Shown in pieces: positions 25,524 to 35,218 of a DNA stretch of 38,832 nucleotides. A program made the translations under genes and the position numbers. Position 1 is the stretch's first letter; the number at the start of each line of letters is the position of its first letter. The notes beneath the pieces were generated by a model. That model worked only from the letters and a program-made list of their open reading frames with translations. It ran no database searches and was not told where the DNA came from. Source of the stretch: a virus (lineage: Duplodnaviria; Caudoviricetes); IMG/VR virus record IMGVR_UViG_3300046779_001880, positions 1 through 38,832 of that record. One strand, 5' to 3'.

Positions 25524-26039
25524 ATGAAATACTGCATTGATTGTAGGAGTAAGGTGGGTTTCTATAGCAAGAGGTGCCCCACCTGCTACCATAGGTTTTA
25601 TTCTGGAAAAAACCATCCTTTGTATGGAAAAAAGAGAACTGAACAAGTGAAGAGTAAGATAAGTAAGAAACTTCTTGGCAGACCGAGCACGTCTAATACA
25701 AAATTTAAAAAAGGTCATATTCCTTGGAGTAAAACACATGGTTATTTGTGTAGAGGCGAAAAAAGTGGTTTTTGGAAGGGTGGAAAGATAAAGAAGAAAA
25801 CTGGATATATTATGATTAGGAATCAAGATCACCCTCTTGCAGATAGTACCGGTTATGTTCTTGAGCACAGGATTGTTATGGAAAATAAACTTGGTAGACC
25901 TCTTAAAAAAGGCGAGGTAATACACCATATAAACCACAATCGATCTGATAATCGTCCTGAAAATCTCTTGCTTTTTTCTTCCAATAGTGAACATAGGATT
26001 TTCGAATGGAAAATAAAAAAATCTAAACCTTCCAATTAG
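25524..26039 (+). CDS. HNH homing endonuclease (NUMOD3-like + HNH), antisense to the tail operon
   Basis: HPLYGKK, FKKGHIPW, WKGG, GYVLEHRIVME..VIHHINHNRSDNRPENL; own promoter TTGATT-17-TATATT. Confidence 0.9.
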   Translation: MKYCIDCRSKVGFYSKRCPTCYHRFYSGKNHPLYGKKRTEQVKSKISKKLLGRPSTSNTKFKKGHIPWSKTHGYLCRGEKSGFWKGGKIKKKTGYIMIRNQDHPLADSTGYVLEHRIVMENKLGRPLKKGEVIHHINHNRSDNRPENLLLFSSNSEHRIFEWKIKKSKPSN

Positions 26040-27990
26040 ATGGTGACGTCACCCTCAATTGATTTCCGCTAAAAATAAAACTTTGTAATGTGTAATCCGC
26101 ATCTATGGAGTTGGTTGTTAATCGCAATTGTATATCTTTTAATTTCTTATTCACCTTAATAAATCGTGGATCTGCGGAGTCTGAGTATGTTGAGGGGATA
26201 CCAAGCGTTGAGCCCATAAGAACATCCCCCATAATGTCAAATCCAAGCCCTGTCATAGAGTATTGGGGAGTGATGGTTGCCGATCCGATAGAGGTAAACC
26301 CTCCAGATTTACCTGAGCCTAACACCTCAAAGTTGATAGCACCACGGGGAGTACCGAGTTTGACAAATACCTTTTTAAGCTTCAAAAAGTCCTTCCAGAG
26401 CTTGCGTAGAGGCCATCTACCCGAAAGATATGTGGTATTAAACGCCTGTCCCAGATCCCCCTGGATATTCTCAGATAGCTCTATCATGCGAGTACCTGAT
26501 ACAGGCACATAGAGAAAATGTGTTACTCCCGATGTGTCTGTATACTCCAAAAACTGTTTTGCTCCGATAGACCAATCTACTGTCCAATTCAGTCTTTCTG
26601 TGTCATAGTAGATTATCCTATTGTTCCCCGCCGCCGCTGTGGGCACTGAGAAAAATACCTTAGCATCATAGAAGTACGCCACCACCTTATCAATCTGCGA
26701 ACCGATGAGTCCTCTGATGTATGGTCTAATTCTTGACGATATCTCATTGGTTCTTAATATGCCATAGTAGTTCTTTTCGGGTCCGAGAGTGAATATTCCA
26801 CGTCTGTTAAAGAACCATATATTGTTATTATCTGCCACAACTGATAGCTGGGAGTCGGTGCCCGATGATCCAACAACCTTTACTGCTGAGGGGATAGAAA
26901 AAGACGTTTCACCTACTGTAGCTGACGATATGTCTATCTGCCAAACAGCGCCCTTGCCCTCAGGAGTAGAACACAAAACAGTAGCCCTCCCCGTGCCTGA
27001 GCCTGTCTGATAATGAATAACTCTTCTAGGTCGCTCTCTTCCCCCCTTTTCAAGGTTTATCCATCCCCCTCCGTAAAAGTCAGAGAAGTTTCCAATAAAT
27101 TGACCTGTGCCTGAAAAATAGACTGTGTAGGGGTTCTCTGTGTCATGGGTAGCCCATATTCTATTCCCCGATATCTCCATTGACTTAAACTTGGGCGCTG
27201 CGGTTGTATTGGAGAGGGGAGGCTCAACATAGGGGTTTATTGCCACTGTGCCATCATCTACATAGGATGAGGCAGTTGAGGAAGCTAGAAGTGTCTCATA
27301 TCCTGCATTCTCAGCGATATAGACCTGATACCCTGTAGCCCCCGCCACAGAGTTCCATGTCCATGTCACTGAGTCAGAAGCGGTCCATTGATCTCGTGGT
27401 TTGTTGAGTCCGCCGACAACTGAGGCTTCGGTAGACCCCACTGTCTCACCTATGGTATTGATAGCGGTCACCTGTGCATACATATTGTAAATACCTGAAG
27501 CAAGCCCTGTTCTGGCTCCTGCAAGCCCTGTAGGTGCATTGAGTGAATTATATGTCGCAAGTGTAGTCCCATTGTATCGTGCAAGGTCATCTGTACCATT
27601 CACTATATATAGGTATCCTGCTATTTGAATGAAGTAACACTGTAACCCTGCGGTGAAGGTTGCACCTGTTATCTCAGTCAAAGAGCCTCCATTGGTAGAT
27701 TTCCACACCTTTCCATTAGAAACTGTGATTAGCTCTGTAGTGCCATCGGTTTTAAGAAACTCAGCAGCACCATCGATTGAAGCAGCATGAGTGGCACCGT
27801 AGTATCCTGTGCCCCACCTTACCTTCCATATGCCGTCTTGCACCTGCATGAGATTAGTGGCTTCCTTTGCCTCGTCAGTATCAATACGAGCCTCCTCAAG
27901 GAGACGATTGACACCGCCCTTGAAGTTCTTTATCTCCCACTCTACAAGTGATTGACCAGAGCTTCCGCCTGACCTGTATTGCATTTTCAT
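26023..27990 (-). CDS. Tail tubular/DNA-stabilisation (P22 gp10/T7 gp12-like) protein with Fn3-like insert
   Basis: NFKGGVN..EATNL..beta-propeller-like; APTGL..TWTWNSVAGATGYQVY; follows the adaptor. Confidence 0.65.
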   Translation of the reverse strand: MKMQYRSGGSSGQSLVEWEIKNFKGGVNRLLEEARIDTDEAKEATNLMQVQDGIWKVRWGTGYYGATHAASIDGAAEFLKTDGTTELITVSNGKVWKSTNGGSLTEITGATFTAGLQCYFIQIAGYLYIVNGTDDLARYNGTTLATYNSLNAPTGLAGARTGLASGIYNMYAQVTAINTIGETVGSTEASVVGGLNKPRDQWTASDSVTWTWNSVAGATGYQVYIAENAGYETLLASSTASSYVDDGTVAINPYVEPPLSNTTAAPKFKSMEISGNRIWATHDTENPYTVYFSGTGQFIGNFSDFYGGGWINLEKGGRERPRRVIHYQTGSGTGRATVLCSTPEGKGAVWQIDISSATVGETSFSIPSAVKVVGSSGTDSQLSVVADNNNIWFFNRRGIFTLGPEKNYYGILRTNEISSRIRPYIRGLIGSQIDKVVAYFYDAKVFFSVPTAAAGNNRIIYYDTERLNWTVDWSIGAKQFLEYTDTSGVTHFLYVPVSGTRMIELSENIQGDLGQAFNTTYLSGRWPLRKLWKDFLKLKKVFVKLGTPRGAINFEVLGSGKSGGFTSIGSATITPQYSMTGLGFDIMGDVLMGSTLGIPSTYSDSADPRFIKVNKKLKDIQLRLTTNSIDADYTLQSFIFSGNQLRVTSPSNWKV

Positions 27991-28655
27991 ATACCAAAGC
28001 CAGCCACATCGTCTGATATGACTTCAAAGTTTTCTGCCTTCATCTCTTGGAGCAGATTCTCTGCAAATTGTAATTCGTCTCGTGATTCCGTAAGCATTCC
28101 GTCTCCTCGATATAACCTCGAGAGCACATCGTGGACAATGAACATAGGATTGCTCATCTCGGTGCTTGATGTGGGTGCAGAAAAGTATGTCGCACTGCGG
28201 TAGTATTCATACTCTATGGTGTGACCGGTGGTAAATACGAGTGATGTATTGAAATTGAGCTTGTACCCTAGCTTGGGGTTTCCTGTGAAGTAACAATAGC
28301 GAGCCATAGAGTCACCGAGTTGTTGGATTTTTGAGAGAGCAACCACCGGATATAGCTCCCCATTCACTCTCACAAAATCCTCTGACTTTGGCGGTACTCG
28401 CATATCGTCAGGACAAGCGTACACATATGTTCCTGCAGTTACCGTTTTTGTACCCGTTGATGCAGAGGTAAGTGTGGTAAAGAGCTCGTTCCATCTAACA
28501 CCCTCAAGATATTCCCATCGTCTGATTGATCCATTGCACAGTCGTCTGGCAGTCAGATACTCTGCATCGCTTATGGACCAGGTAGTGTCGTCTACCTCGT
28601 ATGTGGAGTATATAAGGTCAATGATGTCGGCTTCTGTTAGTGGGCTTACGGTCAT
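27987..28655 (-). CDS. Head-tail adaptor (tail tubular A-like)
   Basis: 222 aa; TVTAGTYVYACPDD; position before the stabilisation protein. Confidence 0.6.
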   Translation of the reverse strand: MTVSPLTEADIIDLIYSTYEVDDTTWSISDAEYLTARRLCNGSIRRWEYLEGVRWNELFTTLTSASTGTKTVTAGTYVYACPDDMRVPPKSEDFVRVNGELYPVVALSKIQQLGDSMARYCYFTGNPKLGYKLNFNTSLVFTTGHTIEYEYYRSATYFSAPTSSTEMSNPMFIVHDVLSRLYRGDGMLTESRDELQFAENLLQEMKAENFEVISDDVAGFGI

Positions 28656-28672
28656 AGATTGGATTTGAATAT

Positions 28673-28699
28673 AAAAAAAGACACGCTTCTCTGCGTGTC
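28673..28699 (-). terminator. Terminator-like hairpin in the adaptor leader
   Basis: GACACGC-AGAGAA-GCGTGTC followed by T7. Confidence 0.75.
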
Positions 28700-28726
28700 G
28701 TGGTAAGCACTTGTATTACCTTAGAC

Positions 28727-31700
28727 TTACTTTGATAGTTTAACAGTATACTTCTTTATTTTCAATGGCTTTCGTTTTGGAATCTTTGGTACTTTGAATT
28801 TGCCTAGTTTTATACGAGCTACTTTGGGGGCTGAGAGCTTTTTGATTGTGATTTTAGGAGCCTTCTTTGCTCTGGTTGTTGAAACCTTATTTTTTATCTC
28901 AATCAGCTTATTCAGCTCTTTTTCAGCCTCTTCTGCTGTCAGCTTACCTGCTTCGTATAGTACTCTTATATCGTTGGATTTCCTTGTTATATCACCCTTA
29001 TATTGAGACATTAGTTTCTTGTCTAGTTCAGTTTGACCAGTTAGAGCGGGATAGCTGGGTTGAAACGACATATCTATGGTTTTAATACTCCCGTCTGGCT
29101 GAGGTATGAGATAAACACTCCCCTCGTTCTGTATCTTATTCGTCTCCTTTGCCTTTTCTTTCAAAACAGCAATGTCTTTATCCGATTCTCGCTTTTGTAT
29201 AATCTTTTGATATGCAGAGAGCCTATCATCAGATTCCCGCACCACTTTCGACTGAATGTCTCCCAATACCGATCTGCTTTTCTCCTTGTACTCTCGTGCT
29301 TCAGGGAGGTTGCTGCCACCCAAGATACCTGCTTGTATAAAATTACGAGGAGTTTGCTGGATAGGATATTTAATACGTCTATCATTCCCTACTGCCATGT
29401 CATACAGCTTCTCTGCTCCATATCCACTGGTAGCATAGCCTCTATTGACATCATACAGACCTGGCAATGTTTTATTTAATATCTGAACACCCCCAGGCAC
29501 AAATGGGATGAGGTTAGTTGCTGCAGTGAGAGGTGTCATTTCGTTCCCATATCTATCTTTACCACCAGAAGCAAGGGCGAGGACATCTCTTCCTAAAGAG
29601 AATGCAGGAGAGCCCCCTATAGGGTTTTGACCCTCTAAAACATTTCCAAATGGGATAAAGTCTTTCCAATCCCAACCCATAACTTTTCCTACTGTAAAAA
29701 GTAAAAGCATATTTGCCCCTATCCATCGTGTCAAGCCAGCGTACTCTTTGCCTTTAACCATCTCCGCAAGAAACTCCACCTGTTTGATATTAAATGATTG
29801 AAACTGTGTAAGTACTTTGGCTATATCAGATTGCAGTGCGACTGGTGTGTCCACACTCCCGAATGTGAATTGCGTTTTCCTAGCCATTTCAATGCCCTCT
29901 TGTATAGCTTCTTTTTCAGTCTTCCCCCCTGCTATTGCCCTTGCTTTAGCGCCGAAGTAAGCACCGCCTCTGTTTACTTTCTCTGCTAATTCAAAGAAAG
30001 AAAATAATCCTTTATCTGCCTGCTCCCAAAACTTCTTGACCGCAGATATGGTTCTATCCTCTATCATATTACTCCTTAATACCCCTGTCTCTGATAGTTC
30101 TTTTCCTCCTGATATCAATGATTTGACCATTTTATAGTAGCCAATCGCAGTGTACTTCTCACCAAGCTGAGCATAGGTATTCACACCTTGTGTCAGATTT
30201 CTAATAGCAGAGCCTATATTAAGACCTAGTGTGCCTCTGTATATCGATTGTCTAAGTTTTCTTGTAGTCATTGCAACAGGTCTTTGACCAAGTTTATATC
30301 CTATCGGAGAACTTTTGACCATATTGTCTATAAGATTATCCACATCATCTGGTCTCATGTTTATCCTATCGGCATATTTTTTCACATAATTCCAAGAGTC
30401 TACATCTAAGTTTTCTGCCTTTCTTGACAACCCCTCAAGCGCCTCGTCCATGTTGTATTTCCTGGTGGCTCTTTTTACATAAGCATCTAAAGCTCTGAAA
30501 GCATCCTCTACATATCCTTGCTTACCAAGCCTTGATTCTAAGAATGGGTCATAAACACTACCAGGGACCCTATCTTGTATAAGCTTAGCTATCTCAGGGT
30601 CAAACTCTTTCTGAATGAAGTCTTTTTCAAAGATGTGTGTAATATAGCTGGCAATTCTTCTGTCTTGTGGAAGGTTAAGCTTATCCGCCCAATCTTTTAG
30701 ATATACTTGGATCTCACCTGCAACTTTTAGCTCTTCACCCTCTAGCTTAATACTCTGTCCATCTAGGTACTTGAATATACGCTGACTTGCCTCTTCTGAT
30801 CCCCCCACTCTTTTATACCATTGTGTTATCTTCTCAATTTCTTTTGGTACTTGGTCGAGATAGTCGTTGTATTTAGCTTTCAGTTTATCAGCCTGTTTTC
30901 CGAGACCAAGCTTTTGTAGCACCCTATCTGGGGTTCTAAGATAGTCTAAAGCGTTTACTTTGTCTTTGACATTTAGTTCGGATGAGCCTACAATATCATC
31001 TAATGATTGAAGATTTCCTAGACTGGCTTCCTTTGTTTTCTCTTTCTTTATTTTTAATACTTGTGCTTCTTGGACTGGAGTCTTTATTTTTAATACCGGT
31101 TGTTTTATTGGCTGTATTTGCTTCTCTGGTGTTTGTAATACCTCTTCTAGGGTTTTCCCTTTCACTTCCAAAACAGGATCCACAACTTTTGATAGTTGTG
31201 GTTTTTCTGGTATTGGTTGCCCTCCTGTCGTAGGCTCTACTCTCTTTGTAGCCTGCTTCCAGATGTCGGTGAGTTGGGATTTGGTTTTAACAGCCCCACT
31301 ATTTATTACTCGTATTTCACCTTCTGTCGGTAATTTGAGTGCATCGTACCCATTCTGTTTTGCCCAGTTTTCAGCTTTTATATAATCAGATTCCAATAGG
31401 TTGTCTTGGAATGTCTTTAGGTCTTTGCCCTGCGAGAAGATATTTACATTGTAGTCGTTTATGCCTTTGTATCTTGCATCAGGGAAATCTGAATAGCTGG
31501 CGACTTTTGCATCTGGTTTAAGTACATACTCTGATACAGAACCACCCCTATTTTTTGCGAAGTCATTTGCGACTGTTTTACTTGTAGAGAAATATTTTCC
31601 ATCAGTTGTACCACCTCGATAAATAGTCGGTTGTGCCTTCACAAACTCCTCCGCACTCTTATACTTTCTGGCTTTGGAGAGTAATGGATTTGACTCAACA

Positions 31701-32599
31701 CCCTGAATAGTCTCTTTCGGTATCTGTAATTCCTTTGTCGGATTATTCCACTTAGCAGGTTGTAATGATGTTTGATCTATTCCAAACGATTTCTCTGTGG
31801 GTGACATTGCTCCCGTATAGTAACCCTCTACACTCCCATCAGGGTTAACTTTAGTGACAACAATAGGTCTATCATTGCCCATAATCTTTTGGGTGTATAC
31901 CTCGCCCACTTTGTATTCTCCCTTACCGACTCTCATATTCTTCAATATATCCTTTTGTTGTTGTAATGTGGCAGATTTAGGATCAATACCTTTGGCTTCG
32001 GAGAGGAGGGATTGTTTGGCAACAGAAGCATCTTCAACTACTCCTGTAGCAAACTTACGTGCCAATGCTCTCTTAGGAAGATTTCCTACACTTTTCAACT
32101 GACCCATTGCTTGAAGAGCCACAAGGTATCCCACATCTTGAGCATTGTCAAGACTCGTCATCTGGTGCATAGGGCTCATGGGGAGTATCTTCTTGGCTTT
32201 CGGATCATATATGACCGAATCGCTAAAGTTCTTAAACGTGGGATTGGGTAGTTTAGCTGCTGTTAGTGCGTTAGAGGCATATTGCATACCAGGGATAGCT
32301 TGCATTATCGGAGTGTTGGGTATATCTGTCCTTAAATGAGTCTTTACATTAGAAGCCATCTGTGGCATAAGCTTCGGCAACGCCTGGACATTTTGCCCAA
32401 GTGTGCGCACCGCTTGAACTTGCGGTATCTTATTAACATAGTTAGACACAGCAGTGGGTACGTTTTGCTTGGCTTGTTGTCCCGCCCATTGCATATTAGC
32501 CCCTATACGATTACCTAGATTAGCCAAAGTCTGAGGGGCTTGCTTCTGCACTCCCCCCAACATCTGCCTAACTCTGTTAGTCAGTGAATTGAAGTCCAT
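28727..32599 (-). CDS. Large internal virion/ejection (polyvalent) protein with ADP-ribosyltransferase-like cassette
   Basis: 1290 aa; helical C-half (AEKVNR..TQF..QFQSF); YRG..YFSTS..GYDAL..EGE domain; basic C-tail. Confidence 0.65.
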   Translation of the reverse strand: MDFNSLTNRVRQMLGGVQKQAPQTLANLGNRIGANMQWAGQQAKQNVPTAVSNYVNKIPQVQAVRTLGQNVQALPKLMPQMASNVKTHLRTDIPNTPIMQAIPGMQYASNALTAAKLPNPTFKNFSDSVIYDPKAKKILPMSPMHQMTSLDNAQDVGYLVALQAMGQLKSVGNLPKRALARKFATGVVEDASVAKQSLLSEAKGIDPKSATLQQQKDILKNMRVGKGEYKVGEVYTQKIMGNDRPIVVTKVNPDGSVEGYYTGAMSPTEKSFGIDQTSLQPAKWNNPTKELQIPKETIQGVESNPLLSKARKYKSAEEFVKAQPTIYRGGTTDGKYFSTSKTVANDFAKNRGGSVSEYVLKPDAKVASYSDFPDARYKGINDYNVNIFSQGKDLKTFQDNLLESDYIKAENWAKQNGYDALKLPTEGEIRVINSGAVKTKSQLTDIWKQATKRVEPTTGGQPIPEKPQLSKVVDPVLEVKGKTLEEVLQTPEKQIQPIKQPVLKIKTPVQEAQVLKIKKEKTKEASLGNLQSLDDIVGSSELNVKDKVNALDYLRTPDRVLQKLGLGKQADKLKAKYNDYLDQVPKEIEKITQWYKRVGGSEEASQRIFKYLDGQSIKLEGEELKVAGEIQVYLKDWADKLNLPQDRRIASYITHIFEKDFIQKEFDPEIAKLIQDRVPGSVYDPFLESRLGKQGYVEDAFRALDAYVKRATRKYNMDEALEGLSRKAENLDVDSWNYVKKYADRINMRPDDVDNLIDNMVKSSPIGYKLGQRPVAMTTRKLRQSIYRGTLGLNIGSAIRNLTQGVNTYAQLGEKYTAIGYYKMVKSLISGGKELSETGVLRSNMIEDRTISAVKKFWEQADKGLFSFFELAEKVNRGGAYFGAKARAIAGGKTEKEAIQEGIEMARKTQFTFGSVDTPVALQSDIAKVLTQFQSFNIKQVEFLAEMVKGKEYAGLTRWIGANMLLLFTVGKVMGWDWKDFIPFGNVLEGQNPIGGSPAFSLGRDVLALASGGKDRYGNEMTPLTAATNLIPFVPGGVQILNKTLPGLYDVNRGYATSGYGAEKLYDMAVGNDRRIKYPIQQTPRNFIQAGILGGSNLPEAREYKEKSRSVLGDIQSKVVRESDDRLSAYQKIIQKRESDKDIAVLKEKAKETNKIQNEGSVYLIPQPDGSIKTIDMSFQPSYPALTGQTELDKKLMSQYKGDITRKSNDIRVLYEAGKLTAEEAEKELNKLIEIKNKVSTTRAKKAPKITIKKLSAPKVARIKLGKFKVPKIPKRKPLKIKKYTVKLSK

Positions 32600-32604
32600 A
32601 TGTT

Positions 32605-33825
32605 TTATCGTATAAGATTTCCGTATTGGTCTCGTTCAGATCTTGATACACCGCCACCATAAGTAAGAGGGGCATTCATGTTCCCCTGTGCATCAATGGT
32701 CGGCGTGCCACTTATTCTTTGCGTGGTAAGCCCTGGAGCGTTATATTGCCCAATCCCTGCCAGGTTACTTCTAAGCTCTGCAATGTTTCTACTGTTTGAC
32801 TCAGCCCATGATAGTAGACTGTTTTGTCTGTTTCTAAAGTCCTGGTCAGCCAGCATGAGCTGTTGTTGTGCCTGTTGTAGAATCTGCGTTGAAAGATCTC
32901 TTAAAGATTGACCTTTTTGAAGCTGCCCTTGCGCCTTTGCTTGCAGGAGCTGATTCTGTGCGTCTTGGAAATACTGAGCCACTTGGATTATGGTGTTATC
33001 CCTATTTGTTTTGAGCTTCGCAGTCTCTTGAGTTACAATGTTATTTAACTTTGACTCTCTGTCCTGGATATCATTTTCAATGCTTCTTGATTGAGCCATC
33101 ACATCGCCTCGTTGTTTACTGCCGAGTTTTGATACTGCATACGAGTACATATTAGCAGCGCTGGAGTCGCCAGCTCCCCGTGTGCCGAGCATTACATTGC
33201 CTGTTTGGAAAAGATTTCTTATGTTATCTGCGATGTCAGCAAGAGATTTGACTTGTCCTTCCCCTGTTTTTCGTCTCTGTGTGGCAAGATCGCCCATACT
33301 AGACGCTTTTTGTGCCTCAATGTCAGAAAGTCCCTGGTTAAAATTATTTTGGACTATCTGTTCCTGTCCTTGTCTTTGCCCTGGTATGCTACCAAGCATT
33401 TGGTCTAATTGAGAGAAATATGAGTCATATCCCGCATTTATCGCATTTCTCGCTGCCTCAGCAGCTGCGTCTACTCCGCCACCACTGCTTCCGGCTCTAC
33501 TGTACCCAGAGGGGAGATTATTCCAGTCAAGTCCCATTTGTACTGCTTGTTGTTCAGTTATCGATTGTCCACCGGTAGGCGCTGGGGAGCCACCGCCACC
33601 ACTCGGTGCTGTGAATCCGCCACCGCTTGGTCCCGTACTTGCGCCAAGAGCACTTCCACCACCAGGTGATCTAATAGGCGCAGGTGTGTAGAGTTGTCCT
33701 TGTGGAGTAGAAGGCTGATTGCTGAGATTTGAACCACCTTGAGCTGTTTGAGGTGCGCCTATTAAATTTCCTATAGCTTCAGTAATGCCAAAATCAGGCG
33801 TTCCCCATGAACCTATGTGTACCAT
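32605..33825 (-). CDS. Putative ejection/pilot protein (likely start MVHIGSW)
   Basis: Gly/Ser/Pro-rich N-terminus plus long Gln-rich coiled coil, GAGDSSA motif. Confidence 0.65.
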   Translation of the reverse strand: MVHIGSWGTPDFGITEAIGNLIGAPQTAQGGSNLSNQPSTPQGQLYTPAPIRSPGGGSALGASTGPSGGGFTAPSGGGGSPAPTGGQSITEQQAVQMGLDWNNLPSGYSRAGSSGGGVDAAAEAARNAINAGYDSYFSQLDQMLGSIPGQRQGQEQIVQNNFNQGLSDIEAQKASSMGDLATQRRKTGEGQVKSLADIADNIRNLFQTGNVMLGTRGAGDSSAANMYSYAVSKLGSKQRGDVMAQSRSIENDIQDRESKLNNIVTQETAKLKTNRDNTIIQVAQYFQDAQNQLLQAKAQGQLQKGQSLRDLSTQILQQAQQQLMLADQDFRNRQNSLLSWAESNSRNIAELRSNLAGIGQYNAPGLTTQRISGTPTIDAQGNMNAPLTYGGGVSRSERDQYGNLIR

Positions 33826-33842
33826 ATTGAAAAATAAGTTAT

Positions 33843-33905
33843 AAAAAAACCTCTCGGTTAAATTCCACGACACCTGTGCGATGTCCTGGAATCTACTCAA
33901 GAGGT
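33843..33905 (-). terminator. Extended hairpin plus U-tract in the ejection-gene leader
   Basis: ACCTCTTG...CGAGAGGT outer stem, ATTCCA/TGGAAT and GACATC/GGTGTC inner stems, T7. Confidence 0.65.
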
Positions 33906-33950
33906 ATATTGTGCATTCCCACAAGTTTTGCTTGTTAGGTTCCAAATACA

Positions 33951-33978
33951 ATAATACTACTTTCTATACCATTGTCAA
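33951..33978 (-). promoter_or_regulatory. Putative promoter overlapping the GT4 3' end
   Basis: TTGACA-16-TATTAT. Confidence 0.55.
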
Positions 33979-35019
33979 TACATCTGCATACTTTGATATA
34001 TTCTTTTGGATAGTCCAATCTTGGATTGTCTCAAAAGCCTTCTCACCCATCTCCCGTCTGATCTTCGCATTATTTATAAGGCTTGTGATACTGTTGTACC
34101 ACTCATCAGCAGTCTGACAAAGGTATCCGTTCTCTCCATTTTTGATAAGTTCTTTGTATTGTCTTATGTTTTGATATACGCCTGGTAGCTTGAAACTTGA
34201 AGCCTCAAGGTATTTGGTAGAGCTTTTTGACCTGTTATACACATTGTCAAGCATAGGCACCAGCATAAAGTCAGCATCGTCTATATACTGTGGCATCTTG
34301 TCAATCCATTTCATAATGTCAGTATCGCCATACCCCTGTTCATACCTCATGCCCCATCTATCCCTAAATGACGCTACGAATGCACCAACGGTAATAAATG
34401 AAAAGTTTGGATACTCTTTCATCACCCTATCCATCGCCTCTACAAATGGTTGAGAATAGAATGATGCAAAGTGGGTAGACGATCCGAAGTGAAGGGCTTT
34501 ATAGTACCCTCTGTCTTTGAAGGGAGCCCTATACTTATACACATTCTCAAGATCTATGTAGTTTGGAAGTACCGAGATACCTTTTGCCTTTGTATGTTGC
34601 ATAAGGGAGTGCTTGAGGTGGCTATTGGTACACGTTACATGAGCCACATCGCCAAGTATTGCCTTTACTACAGATAGCCCCCATGCTCCTTTCTTAAATA
34701 TCTCATATGCAGAGTTGTCAGAGAGTATATTGAATAAGTCATCATCCACATCACATATGAGCTTCTTTTTGTACTTCTGAGCCATGTATCCCATGACTGC
34801 ATAGCCTATGTCGTTAGTCGTGTAGTTGAAGTAGATAATGTCATACTCTTGGAATATATCCTCCCACGCAAATGAGCCGTCTTTTGCAGGGTTATATACC
34901 TTCACCTCAAATCCTTCTTTTTTTCCAAGCTGTGTCATGGGCTGTATTACTCTTAGAAAGTCCACACCGGATATGCGGTCTATAAACGTGTGTGAGGGGA
35001 GTGCGAAGATTTTAATCAT
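33964..35019 (-). CDS. GT-B fold glycosyltransferase (GT4-like)
   Basis: RVIQP, DVDDD, VLPNYID, NRSKSSTKYLEAS, GENGYL..EWYNSI..MGEKA. Confidence 0.9.
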   Translation of the reverse strand: MIKIFALPSHTFIDRISGVDFLRVIQPMTQLGKKEGFEVKVYNPAKDGSFAWEDIFQEYDIIYFNYTTNDIGYAVMGYMAQKYKKKLICDVDDDLFNILSDNSAYEIFKKGAWGLSVVKAILGDVAHVTCTNSHLKHSLMQHTKAKGISVLPNYIDLENVYKYRAPFKDRGYYKALHFGSSTHFASFYSQPFVEAMDRVMKEYPNFSFITVGAFVASFRDRWGMRYEQGYGDTDIMKWIDKMPQYIDDADFMLVPMLDNVYNRSKSSTKYLEASSFKLPGVYQNIRQYKELIKNGENGYLCQTADEWYNSITSLINNAKIRREMGEKAFETIQDWTIQKNISKYADVLTMV

Positions 35020-35218
35020 AATATTTAATTGAAACTTCGTAAGGTAAATTCATATAACCTATTAAAAAAATCACCACTTCATTTAGTGGGACTTCGTTGA
35101 ATTTCTTTACTACAACATTGCCAATATCAATGGCAGTTTGTTCAGAGTCGGCTTTTTTACCGAAAGCATGCTCTCTCAGCTTTATAGCCATTTTTGTCCA
35201 ATTGTTAAAATTGGTCAT
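35012..35218 (-). CDS. Small hypothetical protein
   Basis: 68 aa, AT-rich, overlaps both neighbours. Confidence 0.5.
   Translation of the reverse strand: MTNFNNWTKMAIKLREHAFGKKADSEQTAIDIGNVVVKKFNEVPLNEVVIFLIGYMNLPYEVSIKYYD

Noticed and set aside
25467-25994. 175-aa minus-strand ORF in the tail operon
   Set aside because: Antisense shadow of the HNH gene with no recognisable motifs
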